Part shown: in pieces, positions 28,295-40,336 of the stretch
Layout of the letters: each line of letters begins with the position of its first letter
Numbering within the stretch: position 1 is the stretch's first letter
Assembly (NCBI GenBank): GCA_902541215.1
Contig: CACBPV010000004.1
Coordinates: forward strand, 18,569 to 82,568
Length of the DNA: 64,000 nt
Origin: an uncultured Alphaproteobacteria bacterium
GTDB taxonomy: Bacteria; Pseudomonadota; Alphaproteobacteria; HIMB59; GCA-002718135
Direction: 5' to 3'
Translations under genes and position numbers: made by a program
The notes under the pieces: generated by a model
What the model saw: the letters and a program-made list of their open reading frames with translations, nothing else
Told to the model about the DNA's origin: nothing
The model's database searches: none

Positions 28295-29157
28295 TAAAAA
28301 GTATGTAAAAGTAAAAATAACATAATTGCAAAAATATTATTTTGTCTAAAATAATAATTTGAACTTAACGGTGATGTTATATCCCATTTCTGAATTGCTA
28401 TATACGTACAAATTGCGATAGTGGCTATAATAATTGAACTAAGTAAAAAATTTGAGGAATTCCATACGAAATAAGACAATATAATTAAGATAATAAGATA
28501 GCATGTTTGAACAAATCTTTTACCATTTTTATCAAAATAAACTGCAGTAGATTTGATTTTATTTAAAACATCATCTGACCTATCTTGGTAGGCATAAATC
28601 GTATCATATGCTAACGTCCAAAAAATACATACAAAATACAATAAAATAAAATCAAATGTAATTCGTGTATTAAATTGCATTGAAACTATTAGCACACCCC
28701 AACTAAAAATAATTCCAAGTAATAATTGTGGGAAGAAAGTTATTCTTTTCATAAAAGGATATAAAATAACAAATGGCACACTTAACAAACCTAATACAAT
28801 TGATTTAAAATTAAACTCGAGAAGAATGAAAAAACTAATTGCCAATAATATTATTAATAATAATATCGCTTCAGTAATAGAAATCTTTTTTGATGCTAAA
28901 GGTCTAAATTTAGTACGTGTAACTTTTTGATCAAAATCAATATCAATAATGTCATTAATTATACAACCCGCACTTCTCATTAAAAAAGAACCAATTAAAA
29001 AAAGTATATACCAAAATAATAGTTTAGAAGTTTCTGTTTTTAGTAACGCTAAACCAAACCAGCAAGGCCACATTAATAGAAGGAAGCCAATAGGTGTGTT
29101 AAGTCTGATTAACTCGCAGTAATCAAATATTTTTTTTACAACTAAGTTATCCCACAT
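28294..29157 (-). CDS. ubiA: 4-hydroxybenzoate polyprenyltransferase
   Basis: UbiA motif NDIIDIDFD and a second Asp-rich motif (YAYQDRSDD). Polytopic membrane protein. Confidence 0.85.
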   Translation of the reverse strand: MWDNLVVKKIFDYCELIRLNTPIGFLLLMWPCWFGLALLKTETSKLLFWYILFLIGSFLMRSAGCIINDIIDIDFDQKVTRTKFRPLASKKISITEAILLLIILLAISFFILLEFNFKSIVLGLLSVPFVILYPFMKRITFFPQLLLGIIFSWGVLIVSMQFNTRITFDFILLYFVCIFWTLAYDTIYAYQDRSDDVLNKIKSTAVYFDKNGKRFVQTCYLIILIILSYFVWNSSNFLLSSIIIATIAICTYIAIQKWDITSPLSSNYYFRQNNIFAIMLFLLLHTF

Positions 29158-29192
29158 ATATGAATATAATGTTATAATTCTAAATTATTGAA

Positions 29193-29924
29193 ATGAAAAT
29201 GTCTAAAACACGATTATTTGTCTCAAAAAAATTATCAGCAAATATTTTAATTTATATAAAAAATAAACAACATCATTTTTTAAAAAATGTTCTTAGAATC
29301 AAAAAAGAAGATAATATAAATTTGTTTGATGGTTTTACAGGTGAATGGTTATCCAAAGTAATTTCAATAAACAGAGATAACATTGTTTTACAAATACAAA
29401 ACAAATTGAAAGATATTCCTCAAGAAACTGATTTATGGTTAATTTTTGCTCCAATTAAATCTTATAGAATGAATATTACTATTCAAAAAGCTACTGAGCT
29501 TGGCATCTCAAGATTTATTCCGATTTTGACTGAATATACAAACCAATCAAAAATAAATTTTAAAAATTTTGAATTGAATATGATTGAAGCGTCAGAACAA
29601 TCTGAGAGATTGTCTATTCCGACTTTAGATAAAACAATTAAACTAGAAGATTTAATTAATAATTTTCCATCCGATAGAGGGTTAGTTTTTTGCGATGAAG
29701 GAAATGAAAATTTACCAACTATTTACAATGCATTAATCAACGAAACAGAAAAATATAAAAAATGGGCTGTCATTATTGGACCTGAAGGTGGTTTTTCTGA
29801 AAAGGAACGAAAAAACATCTCTTCATTATCTTCATGTATATCCGTCTCTTTGGGAAAAAGAATTCTACGATCAGACACTGCAACTACAGCTGCAATTTTC
29901 TCTATTCAATCGGTTATTGAATAA
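29193..29924 (+). CDS. rsmE: 16S rRNA (uracil1498-N3)-methyltransferase
   Basis: PUA-like N-terminus and a SPOUT C-terminus (IIGPEGGFSEKE … LGKRILRSDTA). Confidence 0.8.
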   Translation: MKMSKTRLFVSKKLSANILIYIKNKQHHFLKNVLRIKKEDNINLFDGFTGEWLSKVISINRDNIVLQIQNKLKDIPQETDLWLIFAPIKSYRMNITIQKATELGISRFIPILTEYTNQSKINFKNFELNMIEASEQSERLSIPTLDKTIKLEDLINNFPSDRGLVFCDEGNENLPTIYNALINETEKYKKWAVIIGPEGGFSEKERKNISSLSSCISVSLGKRILRSDTATTAAIFSIQSVIE

Positions 29925-30022
29925 ATCATAATGAGCGACAACCTGTCCTAGAATTTTGCCTCTAAATCACTGGTTAATTTACTGAATAATTTATTTATTA
30001 GTGTATACAATAATAAATTAAG

Positions 30023-32432
<2,410 letters not shown>

Positions 32433-32437
32433 CTTAA

Positions 32438-33358
32438 GTGGATGCTAAATCCTTAGAAGCTGGTTATAGCAATAATTTTCTTTTAAGAAAATTTAAAGGC
32501 TATTACGAACTAATGAAACCAAGAGTTATGTCCTTGGTTATCTTTACAGCTTTTGTTGGAATGTTTTTGGCACCAGGGCAGATAACATTTCTAAACAGTT
32601 TTTTAGTAATTATTGCTATTGCACTTGGAGCGGGTTCTTCAGCAGCAATCAATATGTGGTTTGACGAAGACATTGATAAAACTATGGAAAGAACAAAACT
32701 AAGACCAATTCCGCTTGGAATAGTTTCAAAAAATGAGGCACTAGTTGTAGGAATATTAACAGGTACTGTTTCTTTAATTTTGATGCAATGGTTCTCAAAT
32801 TCATTAGCAACAAGCTTACTTCTTTTTACAATTCTTTTTTATGTATTTATTTATACATTTTGGCTTAAACGAACAACTTCATTAAACATAGTTATTGGAG
32901 GCGCAGCCGGAGCAATTCCTCCAATTATTGGATGGACTGCTGTTGTTCCAGAATTAAGTTTTTTACCAATTAGTTTATTTATAATTATATTTTTCTGGAC
33001 CCCACCACATTTTTGGGCCTTATCAGTTTATAGATATAATGATTATAAAAATGCGAACGTGCCTATGTTACCAAATGTAAGTAGTATTGATGATACAAAA
33101 AAACAGATTGTTTATTATGCTGTAATATTAATTTTATCGAGTTATCTTCCATACTTAGATAGTAAAGTTGGAATAATATACTTAACTATTGTTACTACAT
33201 TAAATTTATTATTATTTAATAGTTCGCTAAAGTTAAAAAAATCTAAAGAAAAAAAATCAATACCAAATTCTGAAGGATTAAAATTTTTTGCTATTTCAAT
33301 TCTTTACCTATTCAGTTTATTTTCAGCATTGTTGATTGATAATGTGGTATTAAGATGA
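32438..33358 (+). CDS. ctaB: Protohaem IX farnesyltransferase (haem O synthase)
   Basis: GTG start. ELMKPRVMSLV, MWFDEDIDKTMERTKLRP and PPHFWAL motifs. Confidence 0.9.
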   Translation: MDAKSLEAGYSNNFLLRKFKGYYELMKPRVMSLVIFTAFVGMFLAPGQITFLNSFLVIIAIALGAGSSAAINMWFDEDIDKTMERTKLRPIPLGIVSKNEALVVGILTGTVSLILMQWFSNSLATSLLLFTILFYVFIYTFWLKRTTSLNIVIGGAAGAIPPIIGWTAVVPELSFLPISLFIIIFFWTPPHFWALSVYRYNDYKNANVPMLPNVSSIDDTKKQIVYYAVILILSSYLPYLDSKVGIIYLTIVTTLNLLLFNSSLKLKKSKEKKSIPNSEGLKFFAISILYLFSLFSALLIDNVVLR

Positions 33359-33462
33359 AAAATAGAAGAAGAAAAAATATTATAACTCTAATTATTTTAC
33401 TTTGTATAGTTGCATTTTTTTATTTATGGACTCTGTTTAAGGCTAATATTTTTGGAGTATAA
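33355..33462 (+). CDS. Unannotated 35-aa single-pass membrane peptide between ctaB and ctaG
   Basis: Absent from the ORF track because it is too short. Encodes MKNRRRKNIITLIILLCIVAFFYLWTLFKANIFGV. Its ATG overlaps the ctaB stop (ATGA) and its stop overlaps the ctaG start (TAATG), filling the gap exactly. Confidence 0.45.
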   Translation: MKNRRRKNIITLIILLCIVAFFYLWTLFKANIFGV

Positions 33463-33977
33463 TGACTAATACCAGAACAGCTTTAGGACTATCATTAATT
33501 GTTTTAACAATGATTACTTTAGTTGCATTTTCGGTACCGTTATATGACTTATTTTGTCGTGTTACTGGTTATGGCGGTAAGACAAGTACATCTGAGTTCC
33601 TTTCATCATCAATTTTAGAAAGAGATATTAATCTTAAATTTAATGCTGATGTTAATGATAGTATAAATTGGACTTTTACTGCACCAGAAAATATTAAATT
33701 TAAAGTCGGTGAAAATAAACTTGTTAATTATAAAGCTACTAATCAATCTGACGTAGAAACAATCGGAACTGCGACATTTAATGTTCTACCAGAAAAGGTC
33801 GGTCCATATTTTATTAAAACACAGTGTTTCTGTTTCGAAAAGCAGGCTTTGAAACCTGGAGAAACAGTTGAAATGCCTGTTGTGTTTTATATAGACCCTT
33901 CAATTAACGAAGATCCAACAATGAAAGATGTTGAAGAGATAACGTTGTCATATACCTTTTTTAAATATATAGAATAA
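33462..33977 (+). CDS. ctaG: Cytochrome c oxidase assembly protein CtaG/Cox11
   Basis: N-terminal TM anchor, LYDLFCRVTGYGG, and the copper motif CFCF (TQCFCFEKQ). Confidence 0.9.
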   Translation: MTNTRTALGLSLIVLTMITLVAFSVPLYDLFCRVTGYGGKTSTSEFLSSSILERDINLKFNADVNDSINWTFTAPENIKFKVGENKLVNYKATNQSDVETIGTATFNVLPEKVGPYFIKTQCFCFEKQALKPGETVEMPVVFYIDPSINEDPTMKDVEEITLSYTFFKYIE

Positions 33978-33980
33978 TCC

Positions 33981-34826
33981 ATGGCTAATAAATCAACAAC
34001 AGGGCAGAAACATCCATATCATTTAGTTGATCCAAGCCCACTTCCATTTTTATCATCAATAGCTGGTCTTGCAATGGCTGCTGGTCTTGTATTTTACATG
34101 CATTATGGAACTTCTTGGCTTCTCATTCTAGGCACTATTGGTTTACTAACTATTATGTTTCTATGGTGGAGAGACGTAATCAAAGAGTCAACTTTTCAAA
34201 AGGTTCACACACCTGTCGTAGAACTTGGATTAAGATATGGAATGGCGCTTTTTATTGCTTCAGAAGTTATGTTCTTTGTTGCTTTTTTCTGGGCTTTTTT
34301 TGATGCAAGCTTAACACCTAAATTACCTATAGAAGAATTTTCAGAAACTTTTGATAGTAATGGTGCAGTTGGAATTTGGCCACCAGAAGGTATTAAAACC
34401 TTTGATCCACTTGATGTGCCTTTTTTAAATACATTAATATTATTAATGTCAGGTACTACTTGTACATGGGCTCACCATGCTGTTAGAGAAGGACATAGAG
34501 ATCAAGCTATTCAGGCATTATGGTGCACTGTTGGTCTTGGAATTTTCTTCTCATTTATGCAGGGTGTAGAATATTATGAGGCAGCTCATCATTATTTTAG
34601 TTTTACTGATGGAATATATCCATCAGTATTTTATATGGCTACTGGTTTTCATGGATTTCATGTAATGGTTGGAACAGCATTCTTAGCTGTTTGTTTGTAT
34701 CGTGTTTACAAAAATCATTTTACCCCAGATAGACATTTTGGTTTAGAAGCAGCAGCATGGTACTGGCACTTTGTTGACGTAGTTTGGCTGTTCTTGTTTG
34801 TCTGCGTTTATGTTTGGGGTGCATAA
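33981..34826 (+). CDS. ctaE: Cytochrome c oxidase subunit III
   Basis: HPYHLVDPSPLP N-terminus, GFHGFHVMVGT and AAWYWHFVDVVWLFLF motifs. Confidence 0.94.
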   Translation: MANKSTTGQKHPYHLVDPSPLPFLSSIAGLAMAAGLVFYMHYGTSWLLILGTIGLLTIMFLWWRDVIKESTFQKVHTPVVELGLRYGMALFIASEVMFFVAFFWAFFDASLTPKLPIEEFSETFDSNGAVGIWPPEGIKTFDPLDVPFLNTLILLMSGTTCTWAHHAVREGHRDQAIQALWCTVGLGIFFSFMQGVEYYEAAHHYFSFTDGIYPSVFYMATGFHGFHVMVGTAFLAVCLYRVYKNHFTPDRHFGLEAAAWYWHFVDVVWLFLFVCVYVWGA

Positions 34827-34904
34827 ATTAAAAACTTTCCAATAAAATTTATTTTATTTAGTTTATTTTGTATTTCGCTGACAATATTTTTAGGAATTTG
34901 GCAA

Positions 34905-35516
34905 TTGCAAAGACTTGAATGGAAAGAAAAAATTATAGCCGAATTTAATGAACTAAAGGATCAAAAACCACTGTCACTATCAATGGGAAAAATGAAGTAT
35001 CCAAACATTGATGAGTTTACTAAAGTTATAACTTTAGGAACTGTTGATAGAAGTAAAAAAATTTTTTTCCCTGCTAAAACATTGAATGGGATTTCTGGTG
35101 TTAGAATAGCCAGTTTATTGTCAGATAATCATGGTAATAATTATTTAATTGATGAAGGTTGGTTTGAGCAAAGTAGATATGATTATTTTAAAGACAATAA
35201 TGAAATAATAAATGCCGAAATTCTAGGATACATCCGATATCCAACCCAAAAACAGATGTTTACTCCCGAGAATTCTATCTCTTCAAATGAATGGTATTAT
35301 TATGATTTGGAGCAAATTCAAACTTTCTTAAATGTTAAGATCAATCAGAAATTTTTTATTAAAAATATGAGCAATTATGCTGAGAATTTCTTAATACCAT
35401 CATCTCAAAATCATAATTTTTCAAATAATCATTTGCAGTATGCAATTACATGGTTTTTGATGAGTCTTTCTTTTTTGATTATTTTTATAATGTATTTATT
35501 TAGGAAGAAAAAATGA
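34905..35516 (+). CDS. SURF1-family cytochrome oxidase biogenesis protein (true start probably upstream; see findings)
   Basis: The SURF1 hallmark GIWQLQRLEWK straddles the TTG at 34905. A C-terminal TM segment follows NHLQYAITWF. The frame stays open back to the ctaE stop at 34826. Confidence 0.8.
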   Translation: MQRLEWKEKIIAEFNELKDQKPLSLSMGKMKYPNIDEFTKVITLGTVDRSKKIFFPAKTLNGISGVRIASLLSDNHGNNYLIDEGWFEQSRYDYFKDNNEIINAEILGYIRYPTQKQMFTPENSISSNEWYYYDLEQIQTFLNVKINQKFFIKNMSNYAENFLIPSSQNHNFSNNHLQYAITWFLMSLSFLIIFIMYLFRKKK

Positions 35517-36991
35517 AAACATATTTAAAACTTAAAGAGATCTTTAATGAAGCTTCACTGACATCAGATATTGCAGGTATTTTACACTGGGATATGGCAA
35601 CAATGATGCCGAGCAGCTCAAGAGATCAAAGATCAGATCAATTAGCCTATTTATCAAAACTTAGTCATAGTAAAATTTCATCTTCTGAAGTTGGTGATTT
35701 AATTGAAGACTCAAAGAATCTTAATCTAAATAACAGTGATCTGAAAAACTTAAATGAAATGGATAGAGAATATAAATTAGCTTCTGCTATTCCAACGGAG
35801 CTTGTAGAAAAAATTTCAAAATCTTCAGCTAAATGTGAAGGTGTTTGGCAAGAGGCAAGGGAAAAGTCGGATTTTAATTTAGTAAAAAAAGATTTAGAAG
35901 AACTTATAAATTTAACAAAAGAAGAAGCAAATATTTTAGGGGAAACTTTTAAAGTTTCTCCTTATGAAGCACTAATAAATAAATTTGAACCTTCTTCAGA
36001 AGAAAATAAAATATCTGAAGTATTTGATGATTTACAAAAATTTCTAACACCACTTATTGATAATATTATTGATAAGCAAAAAAAAGAAGAAACACTTCAA
36101 TTTGAAATAAGTATTGATGAAGGAAAGCAGAAAAATATTTCTGAATATATAATGAAACAAATAGGTTTTGATTTTACAAGAGGAAGACTTGATAAAAGTG
36201 TTCACCCTTTTTGTGGAGGATCTACAAATGATGTTAGAATTACAACTAGATATAATAATGAAAATCCATTTTCATCTTTAGATGGTGTTATGCATGAAAC
36301 AGGACATGCATTATATGAGCTAAACCTACCAAAAGATTGGATACATCAGCCAGCAGGTAAATCTAGAGGGATGGCCATGCATGAAAGTCAATCACTATTA
36401 ATTGAAATGCAAATCACTAGATCTTTAGCTTTTAAAAAATTTTTATCTAATACTTTAAATAAAAAATTTAACATTAAAGACAAAGCTACAAATCCAGACA
36501 ATCTTTACAAATTAGGTACTCGAGTAAATAAATCTTTTATAAGAGTTGAGTCGGATGAAGTAACCTATCCCTTGCATATTATTTTAAGATTTAATTTAGA
36601 AAGAAAAATTTTTAACAATGAAATAAATATTGCAGACATTCCAGATGCCTGGAATCATGAATTTAATAGATTATTTAATTTATCTATAAATAAAGATACT
36701 GATGGATGTTTACAAGATATTCATTGGTTTGCTGGATTATTTGGATACTTTCCAACATATTCATTAGGAGCACTCACTGCTGCTCAGTTTGCGTCTCAAT
36801 TGAGAGCTGATCAAAAGGAATTAGATCAGGAAATAGAAATTGGTGAATTTTCAAATTTAGTAAATTGGCTTAAAAAAAATATCCATGAAAAAGCTAGTTT
36901 TTTTTCAACTAATGAAGTTTTAGAACAGGTTACAAAGTCGCCTTTAAATGCTAAATATTTCAAAGAATATATTACTAATCGCTATCTTTAA
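35513..36991 (+). CDS. Carboxypeptidase Taq (peptidase M32) metallopeptidase
   Basis: HETGHALYE zinc motif, plus HPFCGG and MHESQSLLIE. ATGA overlap with SURF1. Confidence 0.9.
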   Translation: MKTYLKLKEIFNEASLTSDIAGILHWDMATMMPSSSRDQRSDQLAYLSKLSHSKISSSEVGDLIEDSKNLNLNNSDLKNLNEMDREYKLASAIPTELVEKISKSSAKCEGVWQEAREKSDFNLVKKDLEELINLTKEEANILGETFKVSPYEALINKFEPSSEENKISEVFDDLQKFLTPLIDNIIDKQKKEETLQFEISIDEGKQKNISEYIMKQIGFDFTRGRLDKSVHPFCGGSTNDVRITTRYNNENPFSSLDGVMHETGHALYELNLPKDWIHQPAGKSRGMAMHESQSLLIEMQITRSLAFKKFLSNTLNKKFNIKDKATNPDNLYKLGTRVNKSFIRVESDEVTYPLHIILRFNLERKIFNNEINIADIPDAWNHEFNRLFNLSINKDTDGCLQDIHWFAGLFGYFPTYSLGALTAAQFASQLRADQKELDQEIEIGEFSNLVNWLKKNIHEKASFFSTNEVLEQVTKSPLNAKYFKEYITNRYL

Positions 36992-38367
36992 TGAAATATT
37001 TAAGCACAAGAGATGACTCTCTAAGTAGATCATTTAACGATATTCTTTATCAAGGATTATCGAGAGATGGCGGTCTATATTTACCCCAAAGCTGGCCCAA
37101 AATAGACTTACTAAGCTTAAAAAATAAATCATACGAAGAAGTGGCATGTGAAATAATTTTTCCTTATGTAAATGAAAATATAGAAAAATTAGATTTACAA
37201 AAAATTTTAAATGAAACCTACTCAAATTTTAATCATGAAAAAATAGCTCCATTGGTAGAATTAGAAAATAATAAATTTTTATTAGAATTAATTTATGGGC
37301 CTACTTATGCTTTTAAAGATTACGCTTTACAATTTCTTGGTAACCTATTTTCTACAAGTTTAGAGATGTCTCCAAAAAAAATTACTGTTTTAGGCGCAAC
37401 TTCTGGTGATACCGGGTCAGCTGCAATTCATTCTTTTAAATCAAAAAAAGATATAAATGTATTTATTCTACATCCTCATAATAAAGTATCACCTATTCAA
37501 CAAAAACAAATGACTACAGTAATTGATAAGAATATTTTTAATATTGCTATAGATGGCAATTTTGATGATTGTCAAAAAATTGTCAAAGAACTATTTGTTG
37601 ATGATGAAATACAACAGTCTACTTCTTTAACTGCTGTAAACTCTATAAATTGGGCGCGATTAATTGCCCAAGTTGTTTATTATTTTTGGGCTTACTTGCA
37701 AACTGATAAGCAGCAAATTAATTTTATTGTTCCTTCAGGAAATTTTGGTAATATTTTTTCAGCTTTCGTTGCTAAACAAATGGGATTACCTATTGGTCAT
37801 TTACATATTGCAACCAATTCTAATGATATCTTGAAGTCCATAGTAGACACTGGAGAAATGAAAAAAAAATCTGTTTCTCAAACATATAGCCCTAGTATGG
37901 ATATACAAGTTTCAAGTAACTTTGAGAGGCAAATTTTTGAAAGCCTAAATAGAGATAGCAAAAGAGTAAATAAAGTATTTGAAAGCTTTTCATCAACAGG
38001 TTTTTATCAATTTGATGACTCTGTTTTAGCTAAGTTTCAGCAAATATATAAGGCTTCCTCAATTGATGATAGCCAGACTCTGGAAACAATTAAATATGTA
38101 TATGAAAAATTTAATTATATTGCTGATCCACATACTGCAACAGGATTAAAAGTATTATTAGATAAAAAAGATGATGAAGCCTGGGTATCTTTGGTTTGTG
38201 CACATCCTGCAAAATTTGTCAATGCTGTGAATAAAGCAATTAATAAAGAAATTGATATACCAAAAGAATTGAGCAATCTCTTTGATAAAGAGGAAAAGAT
38301 GACTATATTACCTAATAGTTCTATGGATGTAAAAAACTTCATCTTAGAAAAAATAAGCAATGCATAA
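36991..38367 (+). CDS. thrC: Threonine synthase
   Basis: MKYLSTR… N-terminus and a PLP-lysine region PTYAFKDYALQFLG. 458 aa long form. TAATG overlap with the upstream gene. Confidence 0.9.
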   Translation: MKYLSTRDDSLSRSFNDILYQGLSRDGGLYLPQSWPKIDLLSLKNKSYEEVACEIIFPYVNENIEKLDLQKILNETYSNFNHEKIAPLVELENNKFLLELIYGPTYAFKDYALQFLGNLFSTSLEMSPKKITVLGATSGDTGSAAIHSFKSKKDINVFILHPHNKVSPIQQKQMTTVIDKNIFNIAIDGNFDDCQKIVKELFVDDEIQQSTSLTAVNSINWARLIAQVVYYFWAYLQTDKQQINFIVPSGNFGNIFSAFVAKQMGLPIGHLHIATNSNDILKSIVDTGEMKKKSVSQTYSPSMDIQVSSNFERQIFESLNRDSKRVNKVFESFSSTGFYQFDDSVLAKFQQIYKASSIDDSQTLETIKYVYEKFNYIADPHTATGLKVLLDKKDDEAWVSLVCAHPAKFVNAVNKAINKEIDIPKELSNLFDKEEKMTILPNSSMDVKNFILEKISNA

Positions 38368-39613
38368 AATTACAACACTAGAAAATGGATTAAGAATAGT
38401 AACCCAGAATATGCCAGGGCTGGAAACAGTATCAATGGGTATATGGAATTTTGTTGGTGGTAGAGATGAAACAAAAGACATAAATGGTGTTGCTCACCTT
38501 TTAGAGCATATGGCTTTTAAAGGTACCTCAACTAAAAACGCTCTTCAAATTGCTGAAACAATTGAAAATGTTGGCGGAGATATAAATGCCTATACTTCAA
38601 AGGAAATAACAGCTTATTATGTAAAACTCTTAGCTGATGACCTACATTATGGAATCGATATTCTGACAGATATTTTGCAAAATTCTACATTTGCTGAAGA
38701 TGAACTTAATCGAGAAAGAGGAGTCATAATTCAAGAAATTGGTATGTACCTTGATACACCTGATGATATGATTTTTGATTATTGGCAAGAAAAAGCATAC
38801 CCGGACCAGCCAATGGGACGTTCCATATTGGGTAAAACTGATATTATTAAAAATATTTCAAGAGACGAAGTTAAAGACTTCATGATGAACCATTATAATC
38901 CAAAAAAAATGATCATAAGTGCAGCTGGAAAAATTGACCATGATCAATTTGTAGAATCTATTAAAAAAGCATGCACCAACCTACCATCTGGATTATCTAC
39001 TGAAAGACAAAAAGCTGATTACAAATCTGGAGAATACAGAGAAGATAAAAAATTAGAACAGATTCACTTACTACTTGGTTTTGAAGGCATAGATTATCAC
39101 CATAATGATTACTATTCTTTATTGGTTTATTCTTCTTTATTAGGTGGAGGTATGTCATCAAGATTGTTTCAAGAGATAAGAGAGAAACGTGGTCTTGTAT
39201 ATGGTATTTCATCTTTTAGTTCATCTTACACTGACACGGGTGTTTTTGGAATTTATTGTGGAACAGGTGAAAATCAAATTCAAGAGCTCATACCTGTTTT
39301 ATGTGATCAATTAAATGAAAGTCCTAACTCAATTACTGAAAAGGAAATAAATAGAGGTAAAGCTCAACTGAAAGCAAGCTTAATGATGGGGAGGGAAAGT
39401 GCATTTAGAAGATGTGAGAGTGCTGCTAGACAACTTCTAGTCTTTGATAGAATAATTGACCCCTCTGAAACTATTAAAAATATAGATAAGGTTTCTAAAG
39501 AAACTGTTCAAAAAATTGCTAATGAAATTGTAAAAGGACCAATAACTATATCAAGTATTGGACCATTATCTAAACTTGAAAATATCAATAAAATACAAAG
39601 TCGTATTAACTAA
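38360..39613 (+). CDS. Peptidase M16 family (processing-protease-like) zinc protease
   Basis: Inverted zinc motif HLLEHMAFKGT with downstream E (REREVIIQEI-like: RERGVIIQEI). Confidence 0.87.
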   Translation: MHKITTLENGLRIVTQNMPGLETVSMGIWNFVGGRDETKDINGVAHLLEHMAFKGTSTKNALQIAETIENVGGDINAYTSKEITAYYVKLLADDLHYGIDILTDILQNSTFAEDELNRERGVIIQEIGMYLDTPDDMIFDYWQEKAYPDQPMGRSILGKTDIIKNISRDEVKDFMMNHYNPKKMIISAAGKIDHDQFVESIKKACTNLPSGLSTERQKADYKSGEYREDKKLEQIHLLLGFEGIDYHHNDYYSLLVYSSLLGGGMSSRLFQEIREKRGLVYGISSFSSSYTDTGVFGIYCGTGENQIQELIPVLCDQLNESPNSITEKEINRGKAQLKASLMMGRESAFRRCESAARQLLVFDRIIDPSETIKNIDKVSKETVQKIANEIVKGPITISSIGPLSKLENINKIQSRIN

Positions 39614-39635
39614 ATTTTTCAAAAAATTTAAAAAA

Positions 39636-39842
39636 TTATTTTATTTTTAAATCCTCTCTAATTGAATGATTAAGTTTTCCATCTTCAGATGATAAATTCA
39701 TAGATACTTTTATGGATTCACCAATTTTGATACTTCCTTCAGTAAATTTTTTTCGTATGTAATTTTCTATTTCACGTTGAGAGCTAATACCAACTTGTTT
39801 AAGAAATTTTCTAATTTCTAGATTTAAATTATCTTCATCCAT
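39636..39842 (-). CDS. Small conserved-looking hypothetical protein (68 aa)
   Basis: Non-repetitive ORF (…IRKFLKQVGISSQREIENYI…) in an otherwise empty convergent gap. No motif assigned with certainty. Confidence 0.45.
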   Translation of the reverse strand: MDEDNLNLEIRKFLKQVGISSQREIENYIRKKFTEGSIKIGESIKVSMNLSSEDGKLNHSIREDLKIK

Positions 39843-39895
39843 GATTTACTATAAATTATTTTGATAGATTCATTCAATAATGTTATTAATTTTAT

Positions 39896-40336
39896 ATGGA
39901 AACTGCTTCTTTTAAAACTAAACTCGGTTGGATTACGGTAAAAAAAAAGAGAGGTAGCCTCTTTTCACTGAGTTTTGGAAAAACAAATAAAAAAATTAAC
40001 TTAATTAATATTAAGAATCAGATTAATTTATATGCTTCTGGAAAACTTAAAAATTTTAAGGTTAACTATTCTGTTGAAGGCTCCCCTTTGCAAAAAAAAA
40101 TTTGGAAAGAATTGTCTAAAATTCAATATGGTAAAGTTTCAACATATGGAGAAATAGCAAAAAAAGTTGGTACGTCTCCAAGATATGTAGGTAATGTTTG
40201 TGGACAAAATAAACTTTTACTTATTATTCCATGTCACCGCATAATTCGTAGCGATGGTAAACTTGGAGGATTTTCTGGAAGAGGGGGGATCAAGTTAAAA
40301 AAAAGATTACTCAACTTAGAACAAAATGTCTCATAA
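39896..40336 (+). CDS. ogt: Methylated-DNA--protein-cysteine methyltransferase
   Basis: Active site IIPCHRIIRSDG and a wHTH region YGEIAKKVGTSPRYVGNVCG. Confidence 0.87.
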   Translation: METASFKTKLGWITVKKKRGSLFSLSFGKTNKKINLINIKNQINLYASGKLKNFKVNYSVEGSPLQKKIWKELSKIQYGKVSTYGEIAKKVGTSPRYVGNVCGQNKLLLIIPCHRIIRSDGKLGGFSGRGGIKLKKRLLNLEQNVS

